A stretch of DNA of 63,343 nt, filler included, from Neoconidiobolus thromboides FSU 785 (Eukaryota > Fungi > Entomophthoromycota): the NCBI GenBank assembly GCA_025603075.1. It is 11 parts of 11 records of this genome, joined end to end, with 100 filler letters (N's around TTAATTAATTAA, not from the genome) between each part and the next. Parts side by side here need not be neighbours in the genome. Positions count along the whole stretch, not along the records: positions 10,827 to 28,689 come from MU626576.1; positions 28,790 to 43,124 come from MU626606.1; 9 more parts are not named here. One strand, given 5' to 3'. A model generated the notes under the pieces. It ran no database searches. It was not told the origin of the DNA and saw only the letters and a list, made by a program, of their open reading frames with translations. Position 1 is the first letter of the stretch, and each line of letters begins with the position of its first letter. The position numbers and the translations under genes are program-made. Shown in pieces: positions 23,463 through 35,760 of the stretch.

Positions 23463-24753
23463 ATGAGTGACGAGTTTGATTACGAGCATGATGAAGTGTT
23501 TGAAGGGGGCGATAATAATAATGACATGTATTTGGATCATCTTATAAGTGACGATGTAAGAGAAGATGGTACATTAAAAGATGATTTGATGGATGAAGAG
23601 CTTGATATGACAAATATTGAGCAAGAGGTGCACTTAATTAAAGTAAATAGAGAATAAATTTTGATGGATAATGGATTGAGATTAATGATTTAGGTACCAG
23701 ATTATGTTTATCAAGCTCTATTCGAAGATGAAGAAGAAAGAGAGACAGCAGTACTTAAAAAGTTTAATCAGTAAATAATTAGCTATGATTTAAAAAAAAA
23801 AAAAATGGAAATTTAACATTTAGGTTGATATCTGCTAAGGATGATCCAGTTGTCACAGATGTAATGATACTTTCATAAATTAAAATAGGCATTAATTTAA
23901 ACCATTAGCTCATGTTACACTTACCCGAAGAGTTTGTTACAATTCCAAGGGATTACACTATTAAAGAGACTAAGAGTAATATTGAAAATACTTATCTGTT
24001 TGAAGAATATGGCAATCGAGGTAAAATCAGTTTATTTCTAATTCTATCTAATACCCAACTATAGTTGGTAAACGCATAGTTGGTAAAGTAACAAAAGAGT
24101 CTATAATGAAACCGTTGATTAATGACCCGAGATATCGAGTGATATTAAGGAAAAGAATCATTGAAGATGGAGATAAAAGAGAAACTATTAAGTTTGATAA
24201 TACTGGAAAGAACAATAATCTGGATTATCTTAGACCTAAAGCTTATCAAAATACCCCTTCAAGCTTTGGGGTACATGGTGTAAGATAATTAAATTTTTAT
24301 GTGATCCAGCTTTATATGTTTTTTATAGAAACGTGCTAAAACCAGTCCAGAGCATAAAGCCAGTCGTATACCAGATAAAGAGTTGCGCGATCTGTTATTT
24401 AATTGCTTTGCACAGTTCAAATATTGGACATTTAATGCACTTTCAAAGAAAACAAACCAGCCACAAGTAAGATAACAATGTATCTGTATAAAAAGCATAT
24501 TGATCTCATCCCTTAGGCCCATTTAAAAAATATTTTAAGTCAAATTGCATCTTTACATCGAAGGGGTACCTATTTCACTTTGTATGAGCTAAAACCCGCT
24601 TTCGCACAAGAACCAGATTTCCAAGATGCAGATGATAATCCTAATAATAATCCTTATAACGATGGTAAGTTTAACACCAATCAAGCTGATCAGCAAAATT
24701 TGGATGTTGATGATGAGGATGAAGAGGATGAGAACTTTGAAGAAATTGACTAA
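23463..24753 (+). CDS. TFG2: Transcription initiation factor TFIIF beta subunit, multi-exon
   Basis: C-terminal winged helix SRIPDKELRDLLFNCFAQFKYWTFNALSKKTNQPQAHLKNILSQIA...YELKP, acidic tail ending EDENFEEID*. Confidence 0.9.
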
Positions 24754-25459
24754 AAAGTTTAAAGTCGGAAGCAAAGCTTGGTATCAATTATTACATTTGT
24801 TAAGTCTAATAAACAAGAAGTATCCTTGATACTTTTTTATGGTTGCTTTATTATATTATATAGCAAACACTCGTGCTTGTTTATTTGTTATAACAGTTTG
24901 ACTTAAGTGTATATTGTATGAATTTTCCTGGACAGAGTTATAGACAAAAATATTTTGAAGCTAATATTAAAAACAGTTGAAGGTAAAACTAGAACCTTAG
25001 TCAAGTATCTAGTTTAAAGATAAATTAGAGCAATAAGGTGAGTTAAAATATTTATATAATGGTATGTTTTCTTATTTGAAATATTATTTTGCAAGTGAAT
25101 TATATAAAAATCATATTATTAAACTAATTTATTTTAAAATTATACTAAGGATATTCTCAAACTTGTAATTCTTGAAAGTATTGTTTATTAAAATAAAAAT
25201 AATCTGATAGTTATAAATAACAAAATTTGAAAGTTCATGTAGAAAAGGATAGAAGTATTTTAACTATTAAAAATCATCAATAAAATATAAATTGTGTTAA
25301 ATTGGGGCAGCATTATAATTGTTATTTTATCAACAAATCTTAACTATAGGCTATAAAATAAAAAACATAAAGGTGACATCAAAATAAATCATATCATAAC
25401 AAAATCTGTTTAATTGACTAGATTTTATCACTTAAGAATTCTATGTTATAAAACGATAT

Positions 25460-25553
25460 GGGGATGTATTTTCGTTTAAGAATTTACCAACAAATTTTCC
25501 ACTTAAATAGCGCTTAAAAAAGGGAAAAGTAATGAAGTCAAAAAAAATACCCC
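25460..25553. mobile_element. MITE copy
   Basis: atat|ggggatgtattttcgtttaagaattt ... aaaaatacccc. Confidence 0.85.
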
Positions 25554-25753
25554 TGTTTTAAAACTAGCCAAAGTGCTTACTAAAAGTACCATATAGATGT
25601 AGATTTTACAAGTGGATAAACTAAAAATGATACATTTTATTGTTGTAAACCTTTTGATTTAATTGTTAATATTAACAGTGTAAAAAAATAGTCTGAAAAA
25701 AATCGCTGAATATAAAAGTTTCAAATGTAATATCCAAAAAGAGTAGCTGATAT

Positions 25754-25849
25754 GGCGATGTTTTTTGGTTTCATTACTTTTTCCATTTTTAAGCCCTACT
25801 TGAGCGGAAAAATTGTTAGCAAAATTCTTAAACACAAGAATACACCCCC
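25754..25849. mobile_element. MITE copy (inverted relative to 25460)
   Basis: atat|ggcgatgttttttggtttcattac ... aatacaccccc|atat. Confidence 0.85.
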
Positions 25850-26289
25850 ATATATTAATTAACTTAAATGTCTAAATATTATAAAAAAGTTAATACAACC
25901 ATTCATCACCATTATCACCATTTAAAATTTTTAAACTCAATCAAAGTATACTTTCAAATATACAAAACCAGATGTAACAACGTAACAATCAAATTATAAC
26001 ACTATAAAACTAAGCTTTAGAGTGAAGATGTAAAAATGATCTAAATCAGAAAATCAAACTAAAATTCAAATATCTGAGTAGAACACAATATTTTTTATTT
26101 AAAAAAAGTGAAGAGATAAAGGACTATTAAGAATATTTTATAAAAACAGGCTTCTCGTAACCTTTATAGTATAAAAAGTCGATCGATTCAGATAATTAAA
26201 TAAGTTATTCTTTTAGGATTTTTAAGAAATATCCTCTTTTATTAGTTTTATTTTAACTCTAAAATTTCACGTCATCTTAAAAAAAGATT

Positions 26290-27120
26290 ATGTTACTTAG
26301 AAATCTGATATTACCCATTTATTGCTCACTCGCATATTTAGCTATTTCAAAAAGACAAACAAGCATAAATTATTCAACTAGCAATTCCAATATTAACAGT
26401 ATGCCCACTAAACTTCATCAACTATTTGGCCGTTTTGCACCTTGGAAGTCAAGCACTTTCTCCTATGTCAATGACAGGTAATTTCCAAAAATTGTTTTGT
26501 TTAAAACTAACTTATTTCTTTATAGCTTACGTGGTGGTAAAAGCACTACTTATATTGAAGTTGGAAGCAATGGAGAGTACCTATTATTCGAAGGAAATCT
26601 AGACCCTTCAGTTTTGGGTGCTGCTTTCTCTTCCATACGTACTTTTTTTACTCCTGAGCCTGCCAAGGAGCCTTTATTGGATAATAAAGGACTGGATCTT
26701 AGTGATTATGATGGGTTATTGATCGAGACTTTGGCTGGTGATGGGAAACGGTATAGCATTAATTTAAAGAATGACATAGGGGATATCATTGACCAGAGTA
26801 GTGGAAAGAGAGAGAGCACAATTGAGTATAATTATTACTTTACACCAGAAGTGAGGGGCTATCACGAGGTCAATATGTTGGGGGGAGATAGTAATTTAAA
26901 TCCTCCAGTGAATAATTTGTTCTATGCAAAATTTGAAGATTTTGTGCCATATTATAGGGGCCGACCAATTACTGATGGAATAATCAATGGGAAAAAGGTA
27001 CCAAGTTTAGACCCAAAAAAAATTCAGGCACTAAGTGTTATGGTCGCATCGAATTTCGGTAAACAGAAAGGCAACTTCTATTTAGGAATAGAATCTATTT
27101 GTGCATTCAAGAAGTATTAA
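26290..27120 (+). CDS. CIA30 / NDUFAF1-like domain protein, 2 exons
   Basis: WKSSTFSYVND-[intron]-LRGGKS, LLFEGNLD, GAAFSSIR, DLSDYDGLLIE, GDGKRYSINL, FEDFVPYYRGR, GNFYLGIESI. Confidence 0.8.
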
Positions 27121-28337
27121 ACTCAAAGTACTTTGCTTATTTTAAATTAGTGTGATAATATAGATTATATAGTTGATTCAATGATAGTATTTTAAATATT
27201 GCTAATAAATATTAAGCATTTCATATAATAAAATAAGGTGCTACAATTTTATTCAAATTTTCAAAAATAGTTTATAAATTTATACAGACAAAGTATGTAG
27301 TAATGTTAATTTAAACTTGTTTAATAGTTAGTCGCTCTTATTGTATAGTGTATTGCAACATTACCATTGTGATAAATCTGGATTAATCTCAAACATAAAA
27401 AAGTAATTCCAACTTGAATACTTTCAAGCCAAAAGTATCTTGGTTTGGTTTATTTTACGAGAAAAAAGGAACTTTTGAATTAGCGTTATTACAGCTCATA
27501 TATAAATAATGGCTATCCACTTAATAATAGCCTCGTGGTAAAGAGCAAAAATTTATTTTTGGAATTAACATCTACTTACAGTTTATATGCATATGTTTTT
27601 TTCAAGTTCAACTCGACATTTTAAGCCATATAGAAGCCTCTCCATGGATGTATCTGAAACTCAGAAACAAAAATCGAACATAATATTATATAGATATAAA
27701 AACTAAGATAAGTTTATTAATGAGTGAGTACTTAAAATGCGTTTTTTGCAAACATTGCAATTAAGAAAATAGTCCGTTTTTATCATTTTAAAAGTAATTT
27801 TATAATTTATACAAATTAAGCTGAAAAAATTAATTGCAGTTTGATCAATTTTTTAACTTATCTGCGATTTTAGATATTTTACAAGTCAGACATTGTAAAG
27901 TGTTTCAAAAGCTTTTTATACAAGGTCCAAAATACTATTTTGACTTTATTTACTAATATACAATACTAAAAATGGCATTAGTTTTTTTATAAGTTAATTT
28001 GTGTTTTTTGGATTTAATTTTTTTAATTTTTAAAACTACTGTTCCTCTATTATATGACAATAGAACACCAGTAGGCTAAAACATAAGCGTTATAATTAAT
28101 AAAAAATATTATAGCATGTTTTAATTTATAAATGAATTTATTAGAATTAGAATTGTAGAAAATTCAAAGTTTGATTGTAACTAAAGTCTTCAATTATTGT
28201 TTTACAGTATTGTTTATTTTAAAACGCTATTGTTAGGATAAGAATCTGATAACTGAGATTTATATTGCTTTGTCTGAAAAGGTATATGGTAAACAATAAT
28301 AATAGCTAATATTAAATGAAATTCTAAATAATTTTAT

Positions 28338-28689
28338 TTATATATAAAAATATCTTTCTTCATAAGTACGATTATCTGGATCAGATTTGATTTCCGGAGA
28401 ATCAAGCTTAACAGTTACTTTCCATTTTCCAAAACCAGGGCCTACCAATTTATCTCTATTTTGGAAGGCATCTACGAGTACATCGTTATAATACCAGTTG
28501 ATGGTTATTTTCTCACCAGGGATAGTGAATTTTTCTCTATATTGACCAAGTTTAAGAGTTTTTAATACTACTTCATTGACATTATAAGTTAACGTATCAA
28601 TAAGTGAGACTCTTTGTAAAAACTTCAGCCAGATGCCCTCCTTACAAACACTACAAAATGAAGGTGAAGTCATATTTCTCATCAAGCAC
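28338..28689 (-). CDS. Peptidase M64 (IgA peptidase)-like protein, 3' fragment; remainder in gap
   Basis: CLMRNMTSPSFCSVCKEGIWLKFLQRVSLID, a C-x-MR-x5-FC-x-VC-x-E motif typical of the M64 C-terminus. Confidence 0.7.
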
Positions 28690-28789
28690 NNNNNNNNNNN
28701 NNNNNNNNNNNNNNNNNNNNNNNNNNNNNNNNNTTAATTAATTAANNNNNNNNNNNNNNNNNNNNNNNNNNNNNNNNNNNNNNNNNNNN

Positions 28790-29491
28790 CACCCAGATGG
28801 AAAGCCAAGTTTTACTAGGTTTGAGCTAGTGAAGTTTAATGGTAAGTCTTCTTTAGTTAAAGCTATTCCAAAAACTGGTAGAACTCATCAAATTAGAGTA
28901 CATCTTTTTTATCTGGGATTTCCTATTGCTAATGATCCTTTGTATAAGTTAAATAAAGATAGTGAAAGCAATAACGATAAGGAAAAAGATAGAAAGGAGG
29001 ACATGGAAGTAAAATTGAATGGAATTGACAGTAAAGAGAAAGAAGCTGGAGATGATAAGGTAGAATTAATAGATAGTAAAATAAACAAAGTAATAGAAAA
29101 CAACATAAAGGAAAAGAAAAAGGAGAAAGAAGAAACAAATGAAGCTGGACAAGAAATACCAAAAATAAAAGATGAAAATAATGAAACTGAGTTAGACCAA
29201 AATAAAACTGACGAAGTTTTACCAAAGGTTAATAATACTAGTAATTTAAATCTAATAAAAATTCAATACATGAATGAGCATACAATAGAATTAGCAAAGA
29301 AGAGAATGCAACCAAGCAAAATAAACAGCGTAGGCTGGACACAATGTGATGTTTGTAATAATTTAATACCACCGGATCCTATTGTTAAAGAAAATTTGAT
29401 TTACTTACATGCTTATTCTTATAAATTATTGGACTATCATTTTACTACCAAGAACTTACCAGACTGGGCTAAAGAAGATTATGAAGATTAA
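28790..29491 (+). CDS. RluA-family pseudouridine synthase (Rib2/Pus9-like), 3' fragment
   Basis: [43 protein letters not shown]-rich insert, [13 protein letters not shown]. Confidence 0.9.
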   Translation, partial: HPDGKPSFTRFELVKFNGKSSLVKAIPKTGRTHQIRVHLFYLGFPIANDPLYKLNKDSESNNDKEKDRKEDMEVKLNGIDSKEKEAGDDKVELIDSKINKVIENNIKEKKKEKEETNEAGQEIPKIKDENNETELDQNKTDEVLPKVNNTSNLNLIKIQYMNEHTIELAKKRMQPSKINSVGWTQCDVCNNLIPPDPIVKENLIYLHAYSYKLLDYHFTTKNLPDWAKEDYED

Positions 29492-29654
29492 TTAAAGAAA
29501 TCAAGCACATTATAGATAAAGATAGTTGTTTATTTCGGGAGTTAAATAAATAGATAAGAATTTCATAAGTTTTAATAAATAAAAAATGGTTTCAAGTAAT
29601 TTTTAATTAGTAGTAAATTGTAGCTCTATTTATTAACTTATTAAATAAAAATAG

Positions 29655-29702
29655 AATAAAATAAAACAAAATAAAATAAAATAAAATAAAATAAAATAAA
29701 AA
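29655..29702 (+). repeat. (AAAAT)n microsatellite
   Basis: gaataaaataaaacaaaataaaataaaataaaataaaataaaataaaa. Confidence 0.8.
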
Positions 29703-29838
29703 TTAATGTTTTTTTTGATAGCCTTATTTTTTATTTATTAAGTTTTAGTATCAATTATTGACTCAATTTTATTAATAAATATCTAATAATAACAAACCAT
29801 AAAAAAACAAATTTAGGCTTTGATTCAAAGAAACATTT

Positions 29839-29936
29839 GGGGGTGTTTTTTTGGCTTCATTGTTTTTTCCATCTTTTAAGCGCTATTTGAGTGGAAAAAT
29901 TGTTAGTGAGATCCTTAAATCCTCAAATACATCCCC
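29839..29936. mobile_element. MITE copy
   Basis: gggggtgttttttggcttcattg ... aaatacatcccc|attt. Confidence 0.85.
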
Positions 29937-29952
29937 ATTTGATAATAATAAT

Positions 29953-30047
29953 GGGAGTGTTTATTTTGACTTTACTTTTTCTGTTTTTTAAGCACTGTTT
30001 AAGTGGAAAATTTGTTAGTAAAATTCTTAAACACAAAAATACATCCC
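29953..30047. mobile_element. MITE copy, tandem with the previous one
   Basis: gggagtgtttattttgacttt ... aaaatacatccc. Confidence 0.8.
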
Positions 30048-30571
30048 AATACTTAATTAAAATCAATCAATTTGTTTATTTTAATAAACTAATTATTTCA
30101 AGTTTTTATTTCTGACATATTAGCAGTACTTTAAATCTATTTTATATATTAAGACTTATTTGAATTTTTCAAAATGCGAATTTAAATCTTTGCTTAATAT
30201 GGTACTATTACAAAGTATATTGTATACTATCCATGTTTTATAAACATTAAATAACTAAAATTAATAGTGTCTTCAAACTAAATACTGCTTGTTTATATTA
30301 TAGAATAATATCTTGATTCATTTAAATTAATATAGATAGAGCTTATATAACAACCAAGTATTATCATTAAAACAAACCTTTTATTTTAATAAAATCAGCT
30401 AGAGGTCTGATAAATAACATTAATATAATATAATAAACTAGTTATTTTGAATATTTATAAATATGGAAAAAACATAGGTAACTAAAATACTGTGAGTAAT
30501 TCAATGGTTTTAAACAACTACTTATTTAAAATAACTGTATAAATGATAAACTTTAGAGTCTTTTTTTATAT

Positions 30572-30662
30572 GGGGATGCATTTTTGTTTAAGATTTTACT
30601 AAGAGTTTTTCTACTCAAATAATGCTTAAAAGGTAGAAAAAGTGACAGTCAAAAAAATCCTC
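30572..30662. mobile_element. MITE copy
   Basis: atat|ggggatgcatttttgttaagattttactaa ... aaaatcctc|atat. Confidence 0.8.
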
Positions 30663-30988
30663 ATATTAATTCAAGTCAAAGCAAAGCCTTTATAGGTTTT
30701 TATTAGCACTAAAAGAGAAAATAAAGGACAAGTCTGAGATGACATGCATTGGAAAGTTAATAAATGTTTGATTATTCAAAATTTGATAGTACAAGGAAAC
30801 CAAATAAAGTAGTTAGAAATAAAAGCTTATAGCTTATAGCTTATGTATAAAAATTTCAAAGAGTATAACTACTTATACTATTCTAATATCTTGATAAATA
30901 CGCTGTAATACCATTTATTTTAAATAAGTTTTATTTGTTTATTCTTTATTAATTCATATTCGTTTTTAATTTAAATTATCAAACATAT

Positions 30989-31085
30989 GGGGATGTGTTT
31001 TTTTGCTTAAGAATTTTACTATATTCTTTCCACTTAAATAGCGCTTAAAAAATAGAAAAATAATGAAATTAAAAAAAACAGTCCC
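30989..31085. mobile_element. MITE copy
   Basis: atat|ggggatgtgttttttgcttaagaatttt ... aaacagtccc|atat. Confidence 0.85.
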
Positions 31086-31184
31086 ATATAATATTGTTTT
31101 AGCATTAAATATTTGTTTTATATCTAGTATTCAAAATATTTAAAAAAGCTATATAAGTAAAACAGAAAGGTTTCAATTATACAT

Positions 31185-32335
31185 AAAAATCAAACGTTTT
31201 TAGCTTTATCATTTCTACTTTTTGTTACTGCTACTTTAAGTCAAGATTCAATTGGGTTAATCTACTTAGATAAGAAATGTTATCACTTGGTTATGATTAA
31301 CTATAGTTTAAAGTTGACATATCACCAAAATATTAACGTAATTGTCAGTCTTTGCATTGTTGGCTAGTAATAGTAGGAAAGTATGAACAATCAGAGGAAT
31401 GGTACAAAGGAAAAAGCTGTTTTCATAATTTTAAATACTACTGTTTGACATGGCGTCAGTATTATACTAATGCTTTCCGAGTTAAGTTTACGAATTCAAT
31501 TGATCAAATAAAAGATTCAAATATATTGTATACTATAACTCCAAATAAAGAGAAAGGTTATATATATGTATAACTTCTAACATTCAAAGTAGGAATTATA
31601 TTTCTGTAGATTTGAGACAAAACTTAAGATTGACCGTTATCCCTATGAATAGTTATTATCCAGATGACCAAAAATATTGTCAAGTATTCTAAATCAAAAT
31701 GACCGAGGGTATTATTACTAAAATCCTAAATAAGATCAAGCTATATAAAAAGAATGCTCAAACAATCCAATTTAATGAGCATATGGGAATGTATTTTTTT
31801 GCTTGAAGATTTTACCAACAATTTTTCTACTCAAATAACGCTTAAAAATGGGAAAAGTAATAAAACCAAAAAAACATTCCCCCATATATTGATCATTGCT
31901 AAAATCTGTCCTTTAGCTAATGATGTATTACGAATTGTTACTATGGGATATAATTTTAGTGATTACTTTAAATTGATTCCAAGCTCGGAAACTAAATCAT
32001 CTTGTGGTACCTACTGTAGCACATTTGACATAGATAACAAAGCTGCTGATTTAGCTTCTTGTTTTACCTATTTACCACTAACCAATACTTCATAAATATC
32101 GTATAATAGTAAAGCTTCAGAATACATGGAAGTGGCTGTCACTGTTGGGCTTTCTGCTATTCCTTATACTGATTTGGTTTTAGTGGTTACTATTAATGCT
32201 ATTTTAGGTCCTACAACAGACCAAGAGGTTCTTAGGGAGTAAGTGTAAAGATACTGAGCTCGATAAAAAATTAATTATACCTGATAGAATTGCTAAACAA
32301 GTTTTAAACGAAGGTATTAAACTTTTGAAAGGATA
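31185..32335 (+). pseudogene. Decayed gene for a lineage-specific secreted protein (paralog A), interrupted by a MITE
   Basis: Signal-like FLALSFLLFVTATLS|QDSIGLIYLDKK, then SCFHNF and KICPLANDVL. Stops and frameshifts present. Colinear with 37955-39092. Confidence 0.6.
31785..31883. mobile_element. MITE copy inserted in paralog A
   Basis: gagc atat|gggaatgt ... acattccccc|atat attgatc. Confidence 0.88.
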
Positions 32336-32336
32336 T

Positions 32337-32432
32337 GGGGGTGTTTTTTTAGTTTCATTACTTTTTCTATTTTTAGTACTATTTAGGTGGAAAAACTTGC
32401 TAGTAAATTTTTAAACAAAAAAATAGATTCCC
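32337..32432. mobile_element. MITE copy
   Basis: atat|ggggtgttttttagtttcattac ... aatagattccc|atat. Confidence 0.82.
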
Positions 32433-33341
32433 ATATATTGAAGGATATTTTGATGGACTTATCAAATCAGTTAAAAATGCGTTATAGTTTTACATTGATT
32501 TAGATAAATACACATCTTTATACTTATCACATATTTTTATCAAAGATTTTATAACAAATTTAACTATTAGACTTTCTAAACTTTATTTTTGAAACATATA
32601 CGGAAGTTCATTGATCTTATCATAAGTAATAAAAATCCTAAACAATACTTTCCAAATGCCTTAACTTTAATTTCTATTATATATGTATTTTATAAGAGAT
32701 ATGTGGTAAATTCTGAATTTGAAAAGATTTATATCTCGCTCTCATTAATACCTTTTGATTGGTTTGGCCAATTTCCTTACAAAGCCCCGCTTATTATCAG
32801 ATCTATTTTAATTCCATCCGCTTACCTTATCATAATGGTTGTCACATCAAACGAATGTTAATCAATAAAACGCTCCCTCTGCCTGATCCTTTTTCCTAAC
32901 TTTTAAACTTAAATGTTGTGACTCCTTTGAAGCTCTCTCTGCTTTATACTCTATCACCAAGTGTTTTTTTCCTTGTTCTGCTTCTTCAATTTTAGTTTCA
33001 AAAGCCTATCACTATTTGACTTTTCTTTTGACCTTAATTAGCTCTACTTTTAGACTAATAAAAAAATAAAACACAATGTCTTCATTAAATTTCAGAAAAA
33101 AGACTTAGTCTGTTTTCAGTAATAGTGCCATTATTATAATAAAATGTATAAAAGTCAATCAAAAGAATAACTGGTATTTTTATTTGATTAGTTGCATCTA
33201 ATACTTTACCATGGTAATAATATTTTATTAATGGAAACGTAATTTTTTTGATGTTTAAAGCCTTGTTTGTGAAAAATTATTTCACTAAAATTTGATTGAA
33301 AAAATCATGACTTTTCTTTTCTCAATAAAATATCACCAAAA

Positions 33342-34413
33342 ATGGAGCTGCAACATAAAAACTTGTATCATTTAAAAAGTATAATAAACCATTGGAAAGA
33401 AGATATATCTGATACAACAATAAGAGAAGAAATCAAAACTTATTTGGATGAAGAAGAGTTTTATTTGGATGCTTTAAAAAATAAAAACCAGCTATATTTA
33501 GGTAAATCATTAGCATCAAACTACTACTGTTTGCTATATAATACTTAGCTTTATTTCCCTAGGTATCGATGGAAAGCAACGACAACAATTATTGGTAGAA
33601 GAAGAGTTACTATTACAAAGTAGAAAAGAGATTGAGAATAAATTTGGTATCAATTTAAAACCATTACCACTACCAACCATATATTCAACCCTTAAGCGCA
33701 TTGAACTTAATACGCATAAAGAGATCAAAGCATTATTGTCGAAAATCCGAAGAAGTAATCAAAAACAAGTAGCAAATAAAGGAAAGAAAGAGTTGTTGAA
33801 GCAAAGTTATCTCCTGGCTTATCAGTTATTGCACAAAGATAAAGAGAGAGAAGTATATTTCATATCTATTGATTTAGAAGTATGGGAGAGAAATCACGAT
33901 ACTATATTAGAGATTGGTTATTCTATTTTTAATTTCAAATCCCAGTTATTTTTATCAAAACACTTGATAATTAAGGAACATTATGGAATAAGAAACCAGT
34001 TACCAGGCTATGATAACAAAGAACATTTCCTATTTGGTAAAAGTCAACTGATGAGCTTAGTTGATGCTTTAAAATATTTTCAAAATGATATTAACCGATT
34101 TCGAAAGAATCTTTATTTAATAGGTCATGATTTTAATAATGATGTTAAATTCTTAAAGAAAAATGGAATCAGCTTGGAATACAATACTTTCGATACTACT
34201 GATTTATATAAACATTTAAATGATCAGTTGAACTCTGTTTCTCTATCGAATTTATTACATTATTTAAATATCGATGCGTTCTGTTTTCATAATGCTGGTA
34301 AAAAGATTACTATTATTTAAGTTATTGTTTTATTTTATTTTTACTTAGGTAATGACGCTCATTATACCTTACGAGCATTTTTAGCTTTATTGAAATATAA
34401 CCCTACTAATTAA
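33342..34413 (+). CDS. DEDDh 3'-5' exonuclease of the QIP/Gfd2-like group, 3 exons
   Basis: FISIDLEVWERNHDTILEIG, HLIIKEHYGIRN, EHFLFGKS, LIGHDFNNDVKFL, FDTTDLY, SLSNLL, FHNAG-[intron]-NDAHYTLRAFL. Confidence 0.85.
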
Positions 34414-35099
34414 AAGTTTTATTTTATATCAAATACAATATATGTACAATAATTCATAATTTATTTATAAAAACTTAATTGCAGTAAACTTCGGTTTGAT
34501 ACTCTTGCTAGTCAAAATATCAAAGGTAGATAGTATAAGGTGACATCTATGTACATAATTGTTAGTTGTTAGTTTTTCCACATATACTATTACCTATTCA
34601 ATTAAGAAATTATAATGCATTAATAGCAGCAGCGTCTTTTAATCCAACCTCTTTTTTTGTTTTAGTGCTTGTTTTAGTCGATAGTGAAAAAGACAAAGGA
34701 ATTAAACAGTGTTGTTATTCCACACTCCCGTCACGATGAGCGCGTATTCAAATTGAAAACTAGAAAGCTTCATTTTTTAAGAATTTAGTAATTGTCTCAG
34801 ATCGTTTTATACTATAGTATATATATTGATTCTATTTAAATAATCACAATACTTATAAGAAAGTACTAATTAAGAACAATAATTTGATTTCCCTCTTCCA
34901 AATAAAAAGATCAATAATCTGAAGATAATAGTACTAATAATTACTATGGGCTTCTACTATCATGATCTAATGTGAACGGTACTTTAAATTATTTATGATA
35001 CTTATCTAAACAATCGTAATTATCAACTTGATACTACAGCAAGACATTTGAACTTTACGACATAGAATAAGCTATTAGCTTATAATAATATTCATTGAA

Positions 35100-35760
35100 A
35101 TAAGAATTATGAACAAAAATGCAGATCATCGAGTTTTATCAACAATATCAGTAAAGGGAGGTATAAGAGTTAAAATATGTGTAATAAAAAAGGACACATT
35201 ATAACAAATAAAGGTTTATTCGAATCTGAATGGTTGGATGGGACTCAAAGGCAGGGTGATATAGAAATTGCAAAAAAGTTAAGCATAGGGAATTGAAAAG
35301 AGGATAATACAGAAATTTGAATGGAAACAACCCTAAAAGTGATAGTCAGTTATAGAAATTTAAACAGCCTTCAACAATATATGGTATTAATAATCAAGAA
35401 ATAATTGTAAATGAAGAAAACTATAAATTGTCCAAAGTAAAAGGAGATAAGGTTGCTTATTTAGCTAGTAATATGCTTGAAAGGATAGCAAATGGTATAA
35501 ATAAAAAAACCAGAGTTATAAAGTAATAATTAGAGTTGTTAATCGCGGTGGTAAATTATACTGAAAGAGGATCAAGTTTATTATTGACATAGCATTTAAA
35601 GTAGAAAAATAAAGGTAGCTCTAGTACTATGAATAAAGTTTGTTTTAATTTTATTAAAATTTTGGATACTATCAACCAAGATGATAGCTTGAAATAGATA
35701 TTTATAATAATACCAATGATTAGGTTGACTCAAACAGGTAGTAAATTAGACCCTATCAGA
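35100..35760 (+). pseudogene. Possible decayed LINE (endonuclease-RT) relic
   Basis: ADHRVLSTI (cf. SDH at the end of APE domains) and CFNFIKILDTIN (cf. DFxKAFDxV) among many stops; weak. Confidence 0.25.

Noticed and set aside
32600-33050. Possible minus-strand LINE RT remnant
   Set aside because: Only vague motif resemblance across several frames; cannot be supported without alignment.
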